The notes: generated by a model from the sequence alone, not told the origin. A stretch of 64,000 bases of DNA from Mobula hypostoma (GCF_963921235.1 NC_086109.1:21082001-21146000), one strand, 5' to 3'; positions 1 to 12,232 are shown, counted from the first letter of the stretch. Program-made: numbers and translations.

Positions 1-389
1 ATGCATATTGAGATATTGGAGTAGAAACAGGCCATTTGCCCCCTTGAGTCTACTCTGCTATTTCTTCATGGCTGATTCAATTTTTGTCTCAGCCCTAATC
101 TCTCGCCTTCTCTCCCTTATTCCTTCATGCCCTGACCAATCAAGCATCTATCAACCTCTGCCTTAAATATACATAAAGACCTGGCCTCCACAAATGCCTG
201 TGACAAAGAATTCCACAGATTCTCTACTCTCTGGCTAAAGAAATTCCTTCTCATCTCCATTCTAAAAGGATGTCCCTCTATTCTGAGGCTCTGTCCTCTG
301 GTCTTAGACACTCCCACCATAGAAAACATCCTGTCCGCATCCACTCTATCAAGGCCTTTCACCATTCATTAGGTTTCAATTAGGTCACC

Positions 390-674
390 AGTGGAAATGG
401 TCCAGAAGGGTTGTATGGAAACTATTATTACCATTTTTCTTAACAACTAATTTCATTACTTAGCCTAATAGGTTAGATTTACCACAGTACATAATTATCT
501 ATTTAAATGTTTATTTTGCTTTTATATCATCTCAATGTGTACTTAAGAATGTATAAATAATTGTAGTTTTATACATATAAAAAAATGGAAAAGGTTATAT
601 GTGTGAAAAAAGTACATGATAATTGTGAACTCCTTATCCAAATAAAAATAAAATTAAAAAAAAACAAAAAAAAA
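390..674 (+). mobile_element. 5'-truncated poly(A)-tailed retroposon (L1-like 3' end) inserted in CR1
   Basis: AATAAA and A-rich tail at 640-674; exact 13-bp TSD CAATTAGGTCACC at 377-389 and 675-687. Confidence 0.8.
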
Positions 675-1221
675 CAATTAGGTCACCTTTCATTCTTCTG
701 AATTCTAGTGAATACAGGCCCAGAGCCATCAAACGCTTTTTATATGACCAGTCATTCAATCATTTTTATGAACCCTCTCCAGTGTCAGCAAATCCTTTCT
801 ATGATAAGGTGCCCAAAACTGCTCACACTACTCCAAGTGAGGCCTCACCAGCACTTTATAAAGTCTCAACATTACATCCCTGCTTTTATATTCTAGTTCT
901 CTTGAAATGAATGCTAACATTGTATTTGCCTTTCTCACCACAAGCTCAACCTGCAAATTAACCTTCAGGGAATCCTTCACAAGGACTCCCAAGTCCCTTT
1001 GTGCCTCAGATTTTTGAATTTTCTCTCCATTTAGAAAATAGTCTACCTTTTTATTTCTTCCTCCAAAGTACATGACCATACACTTCCTGACACTGTATTC
1101 CATCCACCACTTTGCTCATTTTCCTAATCTAAGTCTTTCTGTAGCCTCTCTACTCCCTCAAAACTACCTGCCCCTCTATTTATCTTCATATTGTCTGCAA
1201 ACTTTGCAACAAAGCCATCAA

Positions 1222-1860
1222 AAGAGGAGGGAGGAGAAGATGGCAGCGTGACGCAGCGCGCGCGGCCGTTCCGAATGATATCGTATGTGTTAACTAGGGG
1301 GCCGTGCACAATCCTGATTTGATGGAGACAGCCGTGAGAAGCACGGAGGAACACCTGGAGAAACTTCTGAAATGCCCGCTTCGCTGCCGCTGCTCCTGTG
1401 CGATCGAGAATCTCCGGAGGGGAAGGCCCCAAATCCTTGGCTTTGCCTATTGCCTGTTGCCGGGGCCGGGGTCGAAGCGCTCGGCAGAGATGGTGCTTTG
1501 TGTTCGGTGTTGGAGAGCTGGTCAGAGGCTCGGAGTCGGACTGTGGTCGGATGCTTCCAGGATGCTGCATCGGCAAGTTTGCAGCGCTGGAGGTTCACCG
1601 TCTGCATGAGATGATGGGACTTTCGAGAGACCTTGAGACTTCTTACCGTGCCCATGGTCTGTGCTTTATCAAATTATGGTATCGCTTGCCACTGTTGTAA
1701 CTATATGTTATAATTATGTGGTTTTTGTCAATTTTTCGGTCAGTTTGTCATGTGTTTCTGTGATATCATTCTGGAGAAACATTGTATCATTTCTTAATGC
1801 ATGCATTACTAAATGACAATAAAAGAAGACTGCGTGTCCTCATAATCTAATCTAATCTAA
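1222..1860 (+). mobile_element. Non-autonomous retroposon with GC-rich head and (CTAAT)n tail
   Basis: Splits the CR1 RT (AAAGCCATCAA|TTCCGTCATC); AATAAA then CTAAT repeats; related 5'-truncated copies at 38495-38940 and 61388-61433. Confidence 0.8.
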
Positions 1861-2924
1861 TTCCGTCATCTATGTTATTGACATATAACATAAAAAGAAG
1901 TGACCCTAGCACAGACCCTATGGAACACCACTAGTCACTGGCAGCCAACCAGAAAAAGCTTCCTTTATTCCCACTCTTTCACTCTTGCTAATCGACCACT
2001 GCTTTATCCATGCTAGTATTTTTCCTATAATACCATGAGCTCTTAACTTGTTAAGCTGCCTCATCTATGGCAACTTGTCAAAGTCTTCTGAAAATCCAAG
2101 AAGACAACATCAACCATTTCTTCTTTGTCTATTCTGCATGTTATCTCTTCAAAGGATTCCAACCGATTTGTCAGGCAAGGTTTTTCCTTGAGGAAGCCAT
2201 GCTGACTATGGCTTATTTTATCATGTACCTCCAAGTACCCCAAAACCACATTCTTACCAGTCAACTCCAACATCTTCCCAACCACTGGGGTCAGACTAAC
2301 TGGACTATAGTTTCCTTTCTTCTGCCTCTCTCCCTTCTTGAAGAGTGGAGTGATATTTGCAATTGTTCTTTCTTCCAGAACCATTCCAAAACCTGATGAT
2401 TCTTGAAAGATCATTACTAATGCCTCCACAATCTCTTCAGCCACCTTTTTCAGAACCCTGTGGTGCAGTCCATCTGGTCCAGGTGACATATCTGCCTTTT
2501 ACACTTTATGTATCTGGAGACACTTTTGGCATCCACTTCAATATTATTGGCTAACTTACTTTTGTATTCCATCTTTTCCTTCTTAATTACCTTTTTAGTT
2601 GCCTGCGTACGTGCCTCTGATGCTGCTGCTGGTAAGTTTTACATTGCACCTCTGCATCTGGAAATAACCTCGACTTTGACTTTTGACTTTGAAAGCAGCA
2701 ATTGCAGAAGTTTTGCAGAACAAAGGGAGAGTTACTGCTCCAAGGACTTAACAGAATGCAACTGCAGAGTAACAAGTTGCAAACGGCTGTTTGAGATGCC
2801 CAAAATAACCATTGTGCTTGATAGCATTTATGCTAGGTTTTTCTAAAGGACATGAAGAATGACGGCAAGTGTTTGGGAGCATTGCCATTGTGGAAGGTGT
2901 CATGGTAGTGGACTGTGGAGACAA

Positions 2925-3100
2925 AAATACATGCATTAGCATTGAAATGTACAATAAAATGCACTATTTGTATCAAGGATGAGTCCCCATGTAACTCCAT
3001 GCTCTGGTGGCAACATAACACGCTTGAAGCTTGCTAACCCTAACTTGTACGTTTCTGGAATGTGGGAGGAAACCGGAACACTTAGAGGAAACCCATGCAG
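2925..3100 (-). mobile_element. V-domain SINE fragment
   Basis: TGTGGGAGGAAACCGGAACAC...GAGGAAACCCATG is the reverse complement of the V-SINE core. Confidence 0.7.
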
Positions 3101-3223
3101 AATTATACTCACTTGGTTTCTCAGTAGTTGGTGGTTTTAAGCTGTAATTCCAGTGTTAAATTGGAAGGGCCACAACTTAAGCCAGCTGGTTACTGTAAGC
3201 CGTTTCCCTATCCTGCAACGTAC

Positions 3224-3333
3224 CTCATCAGCTGCTGCTGCTCTTTTCTTTGATCCTTTCACCTCAGCTCTGGTTTGTTTGATTTTCCCGCCAAAAAAGC
3301 ACAGCTTCTCCCAAGCTTCTTTCTTGCAACAAC
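3224..3333 (-). CDS. Candidate exon of the minus-strand gene, product unknown
   Basis: CTAAC branch-like motif, acceptor TTATAAG|G at 3333, donor GAG|GTACGT at 3224; non-repetitive; joined to the 12233 donor it reads RLLQERSLGEAVLFWRENQTNQS* (TGA 3266-3264). Confidence 0.4.
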
Positions 3334-4034
3334 CTTATAAGCATAGGTTAGTTGTTCAGAAATGTGCCTGCCATTGGCTGTTACAGCAATGGACTGAAAC
3401 TCAGAAACTTTTATGCTTATGAAATGCTCCCAATTACTTCCTGTTGTTTATGGTCTGGGACAATTTCAGCCGCTGATGTTGGAAGTTGAAGAGATGTCAG
3501 CTGGTCTTTCTTGATTGAATTGAAAATAGTGGTGTGACTGTATCATACTTTAAAGGGCAGGACTATAATAGTGTGTTTAACTCACTGGAACTAATCGGTG
3601 TGACTGAACTATAATTAATGTGGTACAAGACTTTAACATGATTAATGTGTGTGACTCTATGGGGGGTACATGACTGCTCAAGTTAATGAGGGATATGGAT
3701 GTACGCTTGTTATTGGTGTGGGGGTGGGGTGGGTTAGTCTGCAGCAGTCAATGTTGGTGAGATTATACAATGGGCTGTGTGGCAGTCCTAAATGAGGACA
3801 GTAGTCTGTCTATTTATCTATCTATCTATTTATTTAGAAAACCAGAATGGTAACAGGCCCTTCCAACCCAACGAGCCCATGATACACCCATGTCAAAGTT
3901 GTACTGCAGCTCCTGGGATTTGTAACTGTACTACTGCTAATTAAGTGTGGCCAGTGGGTGTTTCCCTGGGTTAAAATTCATAGAGTCATCCAGCAGAGAA
4001 AAAGGCCATTCAGCCCGTCAAACCCATGCTAACT

Positions 4035-4335
4035 GTTGTACCTCTTCATCATCACAAGACGTGAGCGATCATGGTCTATCCATGACTATGATTGTTCTTG
4101 GCAACCTGGAGACCCCAGCCATTATCAGTACTCTTCAAAGATTGTCTGCCTGGCGTCAGTGGTCGCAGAACCTGGACTTGTGATATGCACCAACTGCTCA
4201 CGTGACCATCCACCACCTGCTCCCATGGCTTCACCTGACCCTGAACGGGGGGCTAAGCAGGTACTACAGCTTGCCCGAGGGTGGTCAGCAGGCTAGCAGA
4301 GGGAGGGAGCGCCTTGCACCTCCTTTGGTAGAGCT
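4035..4335 (-). mobile_element. Short RTE-derived non-autonomous element
   Basis: Reverse complement aligns by eye with 47575-47870. Confidence 0.75.
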
Positions 4336-4747
4336 GCAGGGTGGAGATATGTCCTACCTACCTACTCTAATTCCAGTTACCTCATTACTTCTGTAGCGCT
4401 CTATGCCAAGGGGATCATCACTACAGTTAGTGGTCTGTGGCTACTCTGTACTTGACATAGCTATCTATGACTGAATGACGTTAAAGTTGTATGAATAATT
4501 AAATTGAGTCAGCTGTACAATAAGCGAAGGCATGGTTGTATAACAGTTATTGAAGATGTGACTCCACTACCGTCAATTAAGGTGTGACTATATCACAGTT
4601 AACAGGTTTGATTGTGCTGCAGGAAGTGTGATTGTTCCTCAGCTAATTAAGGCAAGTAATGGAGGTGTGACTGCCATGCTAGATGGATGTTTGGCTGTAC
4701 TGTAGGTAATGAAGGTGTGTATAGGGGTTTAAGGAGATTTGGTATGT

Positions 4748-5296
4748 TACCTAAAACACTGGAAAACTTCCACAGATGTACTGTGGGGAGCATTCTGACA
4801 GACTGTATCACCGTCTAGTACAGGGTGGAGGAGGGTGGCTACTGCACAGGATCGAAAGAAGCTACAGAAAGTTGTAAAATTAGTCAGCTCCATCATGGGT
4901 ACTAGTCTCTGTAGTATCCAAAACATCTTCAAGGAGCGGTGCCTCAGAAAGGTGGCGTCCATTATTAAGGACCCCCATCACCCAGGACATGCCCCCTTCT
5001 CACTGTTACTGCCAGAAAGGAGGTATGGGAGCCTGAAGGCACACACTCAATGATTCAGGAACAGCTTCTTCCCCTCTGCCATCTGATTTCTAAATGGACA
5101 TTGAACCCATGAACACTACCTCATTAGCTTTTTATTTCTGTTTTTGCAGTATTTTTAATTCTACTTAATATGCATATTACTGTAATTAATTAATTTTCTT
5201 TCTATATTATCATGTATTTCATTGTACTACTGTCGCTAAGTTAACAAATTTCACAACATATACCAGTGATATTAAACCCAATTCTGATTCTGATTC
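4748..5296 (+). mobile_element. Rex1/Babar-type LINE 3' fragment
   Basis: ORF 4835-5053 (DRKKLQKVV, IIKDPHHPGH); (TTCTGA)n tail. Confidence 0.85.
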
Positions 5297-5749
5297 AAAG
5301 GAGGGTTGTCTCCAGTGGTTAGTGGTGATGTGACACCACCGCAGTTAACAGCAGTGTGACATTGCTACAGTTAAAAAAAGTTTGTGAATCTCTGCGAGTG
5401 CATCGGGGATGTCGAAGGCCCAATATCTGCGAGTCCCAGTCTGCTGGGTGGAGGTGGGAGGCCGAAGACGGCCTGTCCTAGGATTGGGGGAGTATGTATG
5501 TGCTCGGTTGGGTGGGTGGAAGGGAAGAAAGGGGCTCGTTTTGCTGTTGTTGCTTTGTCCCTTGTGTCCTGTTTTGTTCTGCCAAGCGTAGTTTGCACCG
5601 GAATGTGTGACAACACTTGCGGGCTGACCCCCAGCACACCCTTGGGTGTGTCGGTTGTTACTGCAGCAATGTTTAATGGTTCAATGTACATGTGATAAAT
5701 AAATCTGAATCTTGAATCTTCAGCCTTAATGGAGTTTTGACTATCATTG

Positions 5750-5980
5750 TTATGGGGAGGGGAGGGGAACGTCGACTCAGACCATGAGAGGCCTGCGTCA
5801 GGCATTTTCATGCCATACAAGGCGCAGATTGGAAGTCTGTGTGGGGCGCCACTCCTCGCACAGACACTAGAGCAATGTGTGATTAAGTGCCTTGCTCACG
5901 CTGCCACAGCTGAGGCTCAAACTCGCGACCTTGAGATAACTAGACGAACGCCTTAACCACTTGGCCACGTACCCAACACA
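5750..5980 (-). mobile_element. tRNA-derived SINE
   Basis: Head GTGGCCAAGTGGTTAAGGCGTTCGTCTAG...GAGTTTGAGCC (A/B boxes), shared with 51640-51720. Confidence 0.75.
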
Positions 5981-6284
5981 TCATAGTTATGATGGCGGTA
6001 TAATTAAATAAAGTAACAGAGGTCTAACCCCTCTATGGTTAATGGAGGTGTGATAATACATTTGAATGGAATGCCACTCTTACAGTAAATGGATATGTGA
6101 TTGTATTAGAGTTAATGTGGGTGCAATTGTGACTCTATACTTTATAACTATGCTAGAGCTAATGGGGATATAATTGTACATATAGTTAATGGGGGTGCAA
6201 TTGTACGCATTTAAGGAAGTGCGATTCTGTAGTTACTAGAAATTTGATTGCACTACAGTTAGTGGAGGGTAACACTATAACATT

Positions 6285-6645
6285 TGTGCAATAAATAACT
6301 TGCTGGAAAAACTCAACAGGTCAGGTAGCATCTGTGGAGGCAAAATGTATGTGCTGATGTTTTGGGTTGAGACATGGCAGAGGAAGAAGACAGGTAGCCA
6401 AGATATAGAAGTGTGTAGGAGGAGTAGAACAGGAGCTGGTAGGTGGCAGGTCAAACTAGAAGGGGAGGGGCGAGGATGGATAGATAGAGTTGGGTGGGGG
6501 TGGGTGGAAAGTTGATCAATAGGGGAGAGAACCTGGGTGGATGGGTTGGATTGGGGAAGGAACACAAGGGATATTGGTTACTTGGAAAGTTCAGTGTTCA
6601 TATCGTTGGGTTAGAAGATACGCACGTGAACTATGAGGTGTTAAG
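6285..6645 (-). mobile_element. Decayed Penelope-like element 3' end/pseudo-LTR
   Basis: TGCTGGAAAAACTCAACAGGTCAGGTAGCATCTGTGG terminus and purine-rich body, similar to 17845-18360. Confidence 0.6.
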
Positions 6646-8229
6646 AATATAGAACATAGAACATCACGTTACTGTACAGGCCTTTTGGACCACAATGTTG
6701 TGCCGATCTTTTAACCTACTCTAAGATCAATCAGGATTGTTTGTTGCACTGGATTCCAGCTTCTGCAGTCTTCACTGTCTTCTAGATTTATCAATCTTTT
6801 CTTGCGGTCTAACCTACCTGTATCCCTCAATTTTATATACCCCAGTCATGACCCCACTTAACTTCCTTTGTTCCAGAGAAGACAGATCTAGACTGTCCAG
6901 CTTCTCCTCATAATTCAAATGCTCCATCTCAGGCAACACAGAACATAGAACAGAACACTACAGCACCGTACAAACTGTTTGGCCCATAATGTTGTGCCGG
7001 TCTTACAGCACACTCTTAAGGTTAATCTATCCCTTCCCTCCTACAGAGCCCTTCATTTTTCTCATTGTCACGTGATTGGCAACAATGAATATATCAATCG
7101 AGTCAGGTTTTATAAAAACAATTGAACATTTATTAAACTCTGCTCAATATTAAAAAAAATAAACAAACGAAAATCTTAACCCGAAGTAAACTGCTATGTG
7201 GCCATTTAACAAACTGCCACTCAGTACTAGTTCTTAAAGCGATAAATGTGAAAACAGTTCTTAAAGTGGTAAATTCAAAAACAGTTCTTAGAATGGTAAA
7301 TTCGAAAGTCCAAGAGATTTATACAGTCAATTAGGTGAGACTTTCCCGAAGTAAAGAATTCCTCGAAAACACAACGTCACTGCCGATCTCAGCCGGATCC
7401 TGCCTTGTCCACAGGATTCATGACGACGGAAGTAAAATGGTTTAAAGGCACTGACCATTCCCTCTGGATACTAGATATTGCACAGCCTTTTCTGCTGCTT
7501 TTAGCAGAGGCTATCTCATGCAGATCACTCTTTCTTGAACGAATTCAATAATAGTCGATACTATCCAGAACCGCCGAACGACTCTTTCAGGTTCCCGTCT
7601 TCACTCTCCAACGATACTGAAAAGATACATCAACAAACCTGGCAGCAATTGGTTAAACTGCCGGCCCAACACTTTGGTACCTTACAATAGAACGTAAAAC
7701 TCCGTTTTAAATCAAAACTGCACCATAAGGCAAATATGCAGCGGAGCGGAGTACTTGGCTGACGTTCTAACTGGAAAACTAACTGCGTCACCCCAGGGGT
7801 CTGCTTTTCATTTTTTAATTTTAAAATCTTTTTATTAATTATTATTGAAAATTGACAAAAAATAAATAAAATAATCAAGTCAATATATCAATATGTATAA
7901 TAAGAGTCAAACTATTAACCAAGCTAAACAGTGTATCAATAATAATAATTTAAAAAAATGTTAAAGCTATTTTTTTTTGAAAAAAGGAAGAAGGAAAAAA
8001 GAACCCCTACTACCTAAAACAAAAAGAGTAAACTCCAGCTCACAAAACAAAACGAGAAAAAAAAACCCATTTGGAGCACAAACCCGGAGCTATACACCAT
8101 ACAAGCTTCTATAAAAAAAAGACATCAATCCGCCAACCAAATCCATTTACCCAAGAATCAGAAGGGAACCATCTTAATTAACTCAAATCAAATGATAGTA
8201 GCAGGCAAAAGAGCCCCATCTTTTCTCAA

Positions 8230-8819
8230 CACACATCAAAGTTGCTGGTGAACCCAGCAGGCCAGGCAGCATCTCTAGGAAGAGGTACAGTCGACGTTTC
8301 AGGCCGAGACCCTTCGTCAGGACTAACTGAAGAAAGAGCTAGTAAGAGATTTAAAAGTGGGAGGGGGAGGGGGAGATCCAAAATGATAGGAGAAGACAGG
8401 AGGGGGAGGGATGGAGCCAAGAGCTGGACAGGTGATTGGCAAAAGGAGTACGAGAGGATCATGGGACAGGAGGCTCAGGGAGAAGGAAAAGGGGGAGGGG
8501 GGGAAACCCAGAGGATGGGCAAGGGGTATAGTCAGAGGGACAGAGGGAGAAAAAGGAGAGAGAGAGAGAAAGAATGTGTGTAAATAAATAACGGATGGGG
8601 TACGAGGGGGAGGTGGGGCATTAGCAGAAGTTAGAGAAGTCAATGTTCATGCGATCAGGATGGATCCAGACAGAATATAAGGTGTTTTTCCTCCAACCTG
8701 AGTGTGGCTTCACTCAGGTTGGAGGAACAACCTAGAGATGCTGCCTGGCCTGCTGCGTTCACCAGCAGCTTTGATGTATGTTGCTTGAATTTCCAGCATC
8801 TGCAGAATTCCTTGTGTTT
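8230..8819 (-). mobile_element. Penelope-like element 3' end with an inverted partial pseudo-LTR
   Basis: GIY-YIG C-terminal peptide EATLRLEEKHLIFCL; inverted copies at 8230-8279 and 8730-8770; TSD CCA(T/C)CTTTTCTCAA at 8216-8229 and 8820-8833. Confidence 0.85.
8289..8324 (-). ncRNA. Minimal type I hammerhead ribozyme with intact core
   Basis: AGUC-CUGACGA-AGG(GUCUCGG)CCU-GAAA-CG-UC/GACU: core boxes, stem I AGUC:GACU, stem II AGG:CCU, vestigial stem III. Confidence 0.8.
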
Positions 8820-10519
8820 CCACCTTTTCTCAAAGTCAAATGGGTCTCCTTTTATACCTGTGGTGAACATGTCATCACGTGACCTCACATTGGCGGGAAA
8901 ATTACCTCAGGTGACCTCCAAAAGACCATTACATCATGCTCATCAGCTACTCAATTACGTCATGGTCATAAGACAGTCACAAGATATCCATGAGGTATGT
9001 AACATCATCTAAGAGTTCCTTAAATGCCCCTAATGTATCTGCCTCTACCACCGCCCCAGCAGGGTGTTCCACACACCCACCACTCTCTGTGTTAAAAAAA
9101 ACTTACCTCTGACATCCCCCCTATACTTTCCTCCAAACACCTTAAAGTTATGCCCCTTTATATTAGCAATTTCCACCCTGGGAAAAAGTCCACTCCATTT
9201 ATGTCTCTTATCATCTTGTACACCTCTATCATTACCTCTTATCATCCTTCGCTCCAACCCTAGTCCAGGTAGCATCCTGATAAAATTCCTCTGCACTCTC
9301 TCTAATCTTCCTCTGATGAGGAAACCAGAAATGAATACAATAGTCCAAGTGTGGTATAACTAGGGTTTTATAGAGCCGCAACATTACCTCGTGGCTCTTG
9401 AACTCAATCCCCTGACTAATGAAAGACAACACATTATATGCCTCCTTGATTATTGATCTATGGATATGGATCCCAAGATCCCTCTGTTCCTCCACACTGC
9501 TAAGAATCCTGCCATTATTCCTGTATTCTGCCTTCAGATTCAACTTTCCAAAATGAATCACTTCACATTTTTCCGGGTTGAACTTCACCTGCAAGGTTGG
9601 AGTCCGATGTCCCCATGGGTTTGTGAATTGGTGAGACTGGAGTTTGAGGCCTGGCGTTTGGGGTGCTGTCATCAGCGAATCCAGTGCTCAAGGCCTGGTG
9701 TTTGGTGACTGGCCGGTTTGAGGCCTGGGGGTCAAACTGGAAGTCCGGATGTCGAGGTTAATTGGAATGAGTTCCAGGTCTGTGAGTCTCTGTGAGTCTG
9801 TTGGGGTTGTCAATGGCCTGCACGTCTGGGTCTGAATCCGAGCCTGCTGGAAGTTGAAGAATTTATCCTATCTTGGGTGTAGAAGACTGTGTATGTGCTT
9901 GGGTATGAGTGAGAAATGGGGCTTGGTTTGCTTAGGATGTTCTGTTGCTTATGTTCTACCAAGCATTGTGGACATACTATGTTGGTGCCGGAAGGAGTGG
10001 TGACCCTTTTGGGTTTTCTCCAGCACACCCTTTGGTGTGTTGGTTGTTGATGCAACCAACTCACTGTAAGTTTCGATATACACATGATAAAAAAAACTTG
10101 AATCTTGTCAGCAGGGATATGGGCTCACTGCCACCTGCAGATTGCCCTTCAAACTGCAATAGAAATAACTTGCTGATCTATTATTCCAGGGTCTAAATCT
10201 TGCAACTTTCTACTCAACAGCAATGTGGACTGCATTCATTGAAAGGACTGCAGTGAGTCGTGAAGACAGCTCACCACCAATGTTTCAGGGAGAGTTCGCG
10301 GTAGGTAGTAAGTTCTAGCCTTGCCAGCAATGCCCAGGGAACCTATGTGGCACCGCTATTGTTAATAGAGATATTCTTAACAAAGGTGTGACAGACTGCT
10401 GCTCACAGTGAAATAAATACTTCAGTTAACGTAAGTGTGACCAACCCACAGACTGTGGTGGTGTGACCATGACAACCAACAACTGAAGACAGTATCACTG
10501 TGCTAGTTCCAGTTATCAT

Positions 10520-10805
10520 GATTGGGGTTTATTTCCCACCACTACATGTAAGGAGTTTGTATGTTCTCACTGTGACTGCGTGTATTTCTTCCAAGTGCTC
10601 TGGTTTCCTCACACATTCCAAAGGCATATAGGTTAGGGTTACTAAGTTGTGGGCATGCTATGTTGGTGCCAATAAGTACGGCGAGACTTGCGGGCTTCCC
10701 CCAGCACGATCCGCGGACTGTGTTGGTTGTTGACGCAAAATGACGAATTTCACTGTAATGTTCGATGTTTCAACATACTCGTTAGAAAATAAAGCTAACC
10801 TTTAA
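10520..10805 (+). mobile_element. V-domain SINE
   Basis: GTGCTCTGGTTTCCTCACACATTCCAAAG core; AATAAAGCTAA tail. Confidence 0.75.
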
Positions 10806-10949
10806 TGGAAGTGTTCTCTGCTACAGTTACAGACGTGTGATTGTATTAGTTAATGGAGATGTGACTTCTTCAGTGGCTTTCCCTAATTCAGTAAGTTGGA
10901 CACTTGACCTCACTGCCTACCTCATTATGATCTTGCACCTTGCTGCACG

Positions 10950-11305
10950 AGTCTCCCATCGGGGACATTTTCCAAAGGTGATGCCTCAAGAAGGTGGCAT
11001 CCATCATTAAGATCCCTCACCAACTGGACATGCCCTCTTCTCATTACTACCAAAAGGGAGGAGGTACAGGAGCCTGAAGATTACACTCAACTTTTTGGGA
11101 AAAGCTTCTTCCCCTCCGTCATCACATTTCAGAATGCTCCATGAACCTGTGAACACTACCTCATTATTCCTCTTTTACGCCATCTATCTATCTATTTTTA
11201 TTCCAACTTATAGTGTTTTTTATGTCTTGCACAGTACTGCTGCCACAAAGCAGTAAATTCATGACATACTGTATATTAGTGACAATAAACCTGATTCTCA
11301 TTCTC
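10950..11305 (+). mobile_element. Rex1/Babar-type LINE 3' fragment
   Basis: Similar to 4920-5296. Confidence 0.75.
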
Positions 11306-11699
11306 ATGTTTTACCTGCACGGTTGCACTTTATTCTGCATTCTTATCATATTATCTTGTTCTACCCCAGTGCACTGTGTAATGATCTTATCAGTATGAAC
11401 AGTATGCAAGACAAGCTTTTCACCGTATCTCAGTACATGTGCCAATTGTAAACCAATTCCCTTTCCAATTCCAATACCATAATGAGATTGCAACTGCACC
11501 TCAGCATAATGGATAGTCAGAAGGGATGTGATCCCACTACAGCTAATGGGGCTGTGACTCTGCTGCGATGAATGGAAGTGTCTCATCTGCTGTTAGCAGA
11601 GGTATGATTACTACAGGTAGAAAAAGGTGTGACTATACTACAGTTAAAGGACATGTGCCTCCAACAGGTTTGATAGAGGTGCACCTGTACTCCAGTTAG

Positions 11700-11935
11700 A
11701 ACACAGAACATAGAAATCTACAGCACATTACAGGCCCCTCGGCCCACAATGTTGTGCCAACCATGTAACCTACTGCCTAGAGTTTCCCTACCACATAGCC
11801 CTCTGTTTTTCTAAGCTCCATGTACCTATCTAAGAGTCTCTTACAAGACTCTATTGTATCCGCCTCTGCTACTGTTGCTGGCAGTGCATTCCACACACAC
11901 TCCACTCTCCGTGTGAAAAACTTACCTCTGGTATC
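11700..11935 (-). mobile_element. CR1 3' fragment
   Basis: ORF 11777-11959 (RGKFFTRRVECVWNALP); close relative at 57722-57980 (+). Confidence 0.8.
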
Positions 11936-12232
11936 CCACTTGTTAATTGGGGAATGCATATACTATGGTTATAAGTTGAAAGGGTCTGCCACTGTTACTG
12001 CAGTAAATGAAAGTTTTACTGTGTTATGGTTAATGAGAAGTGAAGTACCATCTTTAATTGAATTGTGCCTCTGCTGCATTTACAGGGGATTTCAGTTTAC
12101 TACAGTTGATGGCATTATTGTATTATCATTAATGTACATGTGACTCTCCTACATACTGTCTAGGCTCTAAATATTCACCCCCTCATCTCTCCATCCCTCC
12201 CTCTTCCTCTATGAATTTTATTAAAAAATTAC

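Larger units (their letters stand above)
1..2600 (-). mobile_element. CR1-clade LINE 3' portion (decayed RT and 3' tail), interrupted by two insertions
   Basis: ORFs 2061-2489 (SPGPDGLH, ANITPLFKKG, QHGFLK, VDVVFLDFQK), 828-1103 (QRDLGVLV, LYKVLVRPHLE) and 117-365 (RRNFFSQRVENLWNSL) are collinear CR1 RT segments. Confidence 0.92.
7809..8841 (-). mobile_element. L1-clade 3' fragment (ORF2 C-terminus, 3'UTR, A-rich tail)
   Basis: TSD GGGTCT(G/C)CTTTT at 7797-7808 and 8842-8853; with the Penelope insert removed the minus strand reads FDFEKRWGSFACYYHLI*. Confidence 0.75.
7066..9004 (-). mobile_element. Solo LTR (Gypsy-like) interrupted by L1 and Penelope inserts
   Basis: Termini TGTCACG...TGTAACA; 4-bp TSD TCAT at 7062-7065 and 9005-9008; minus-strand TATAAAA near 8850-8856 and AATAAA near 7129-7134. 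Confidence 0.8.
6939..9590 (-). mobile_element. CR1 LINE 3' fragment, host of a nested stack
   Basis: 3' tail at 6939-7065 resumes at 9005; ORFs 9045-9296 and 9232-9672 (FNPEKCEVIHFG, EQRDLGI, QRVVGVWNTL). Confidence 0.88.
3525..12150. repeat. Highly degenerate ~25-27 bp minisatellite (approx. GGTGTGACTGTACTACAGTTAATGGA) in blocks separated by TEs
   Basis: Recurring GTGTGACT/GTGTGATT and ACAGTTAA words at about 3525-3790, 4420-4730, 5300-5375, 5980-6270, 10350-10520, 10800-10870, 11480-11700, 11940-12150. Confidence 0.7.

Noticed and set aside
1124..1700. Cluster of overlapping 80-150 aa ORFs
   Set aside because: By-product of GC-rich repeat sequence; no recognisable protein motifs, and the ORFs cross insertion boundaries
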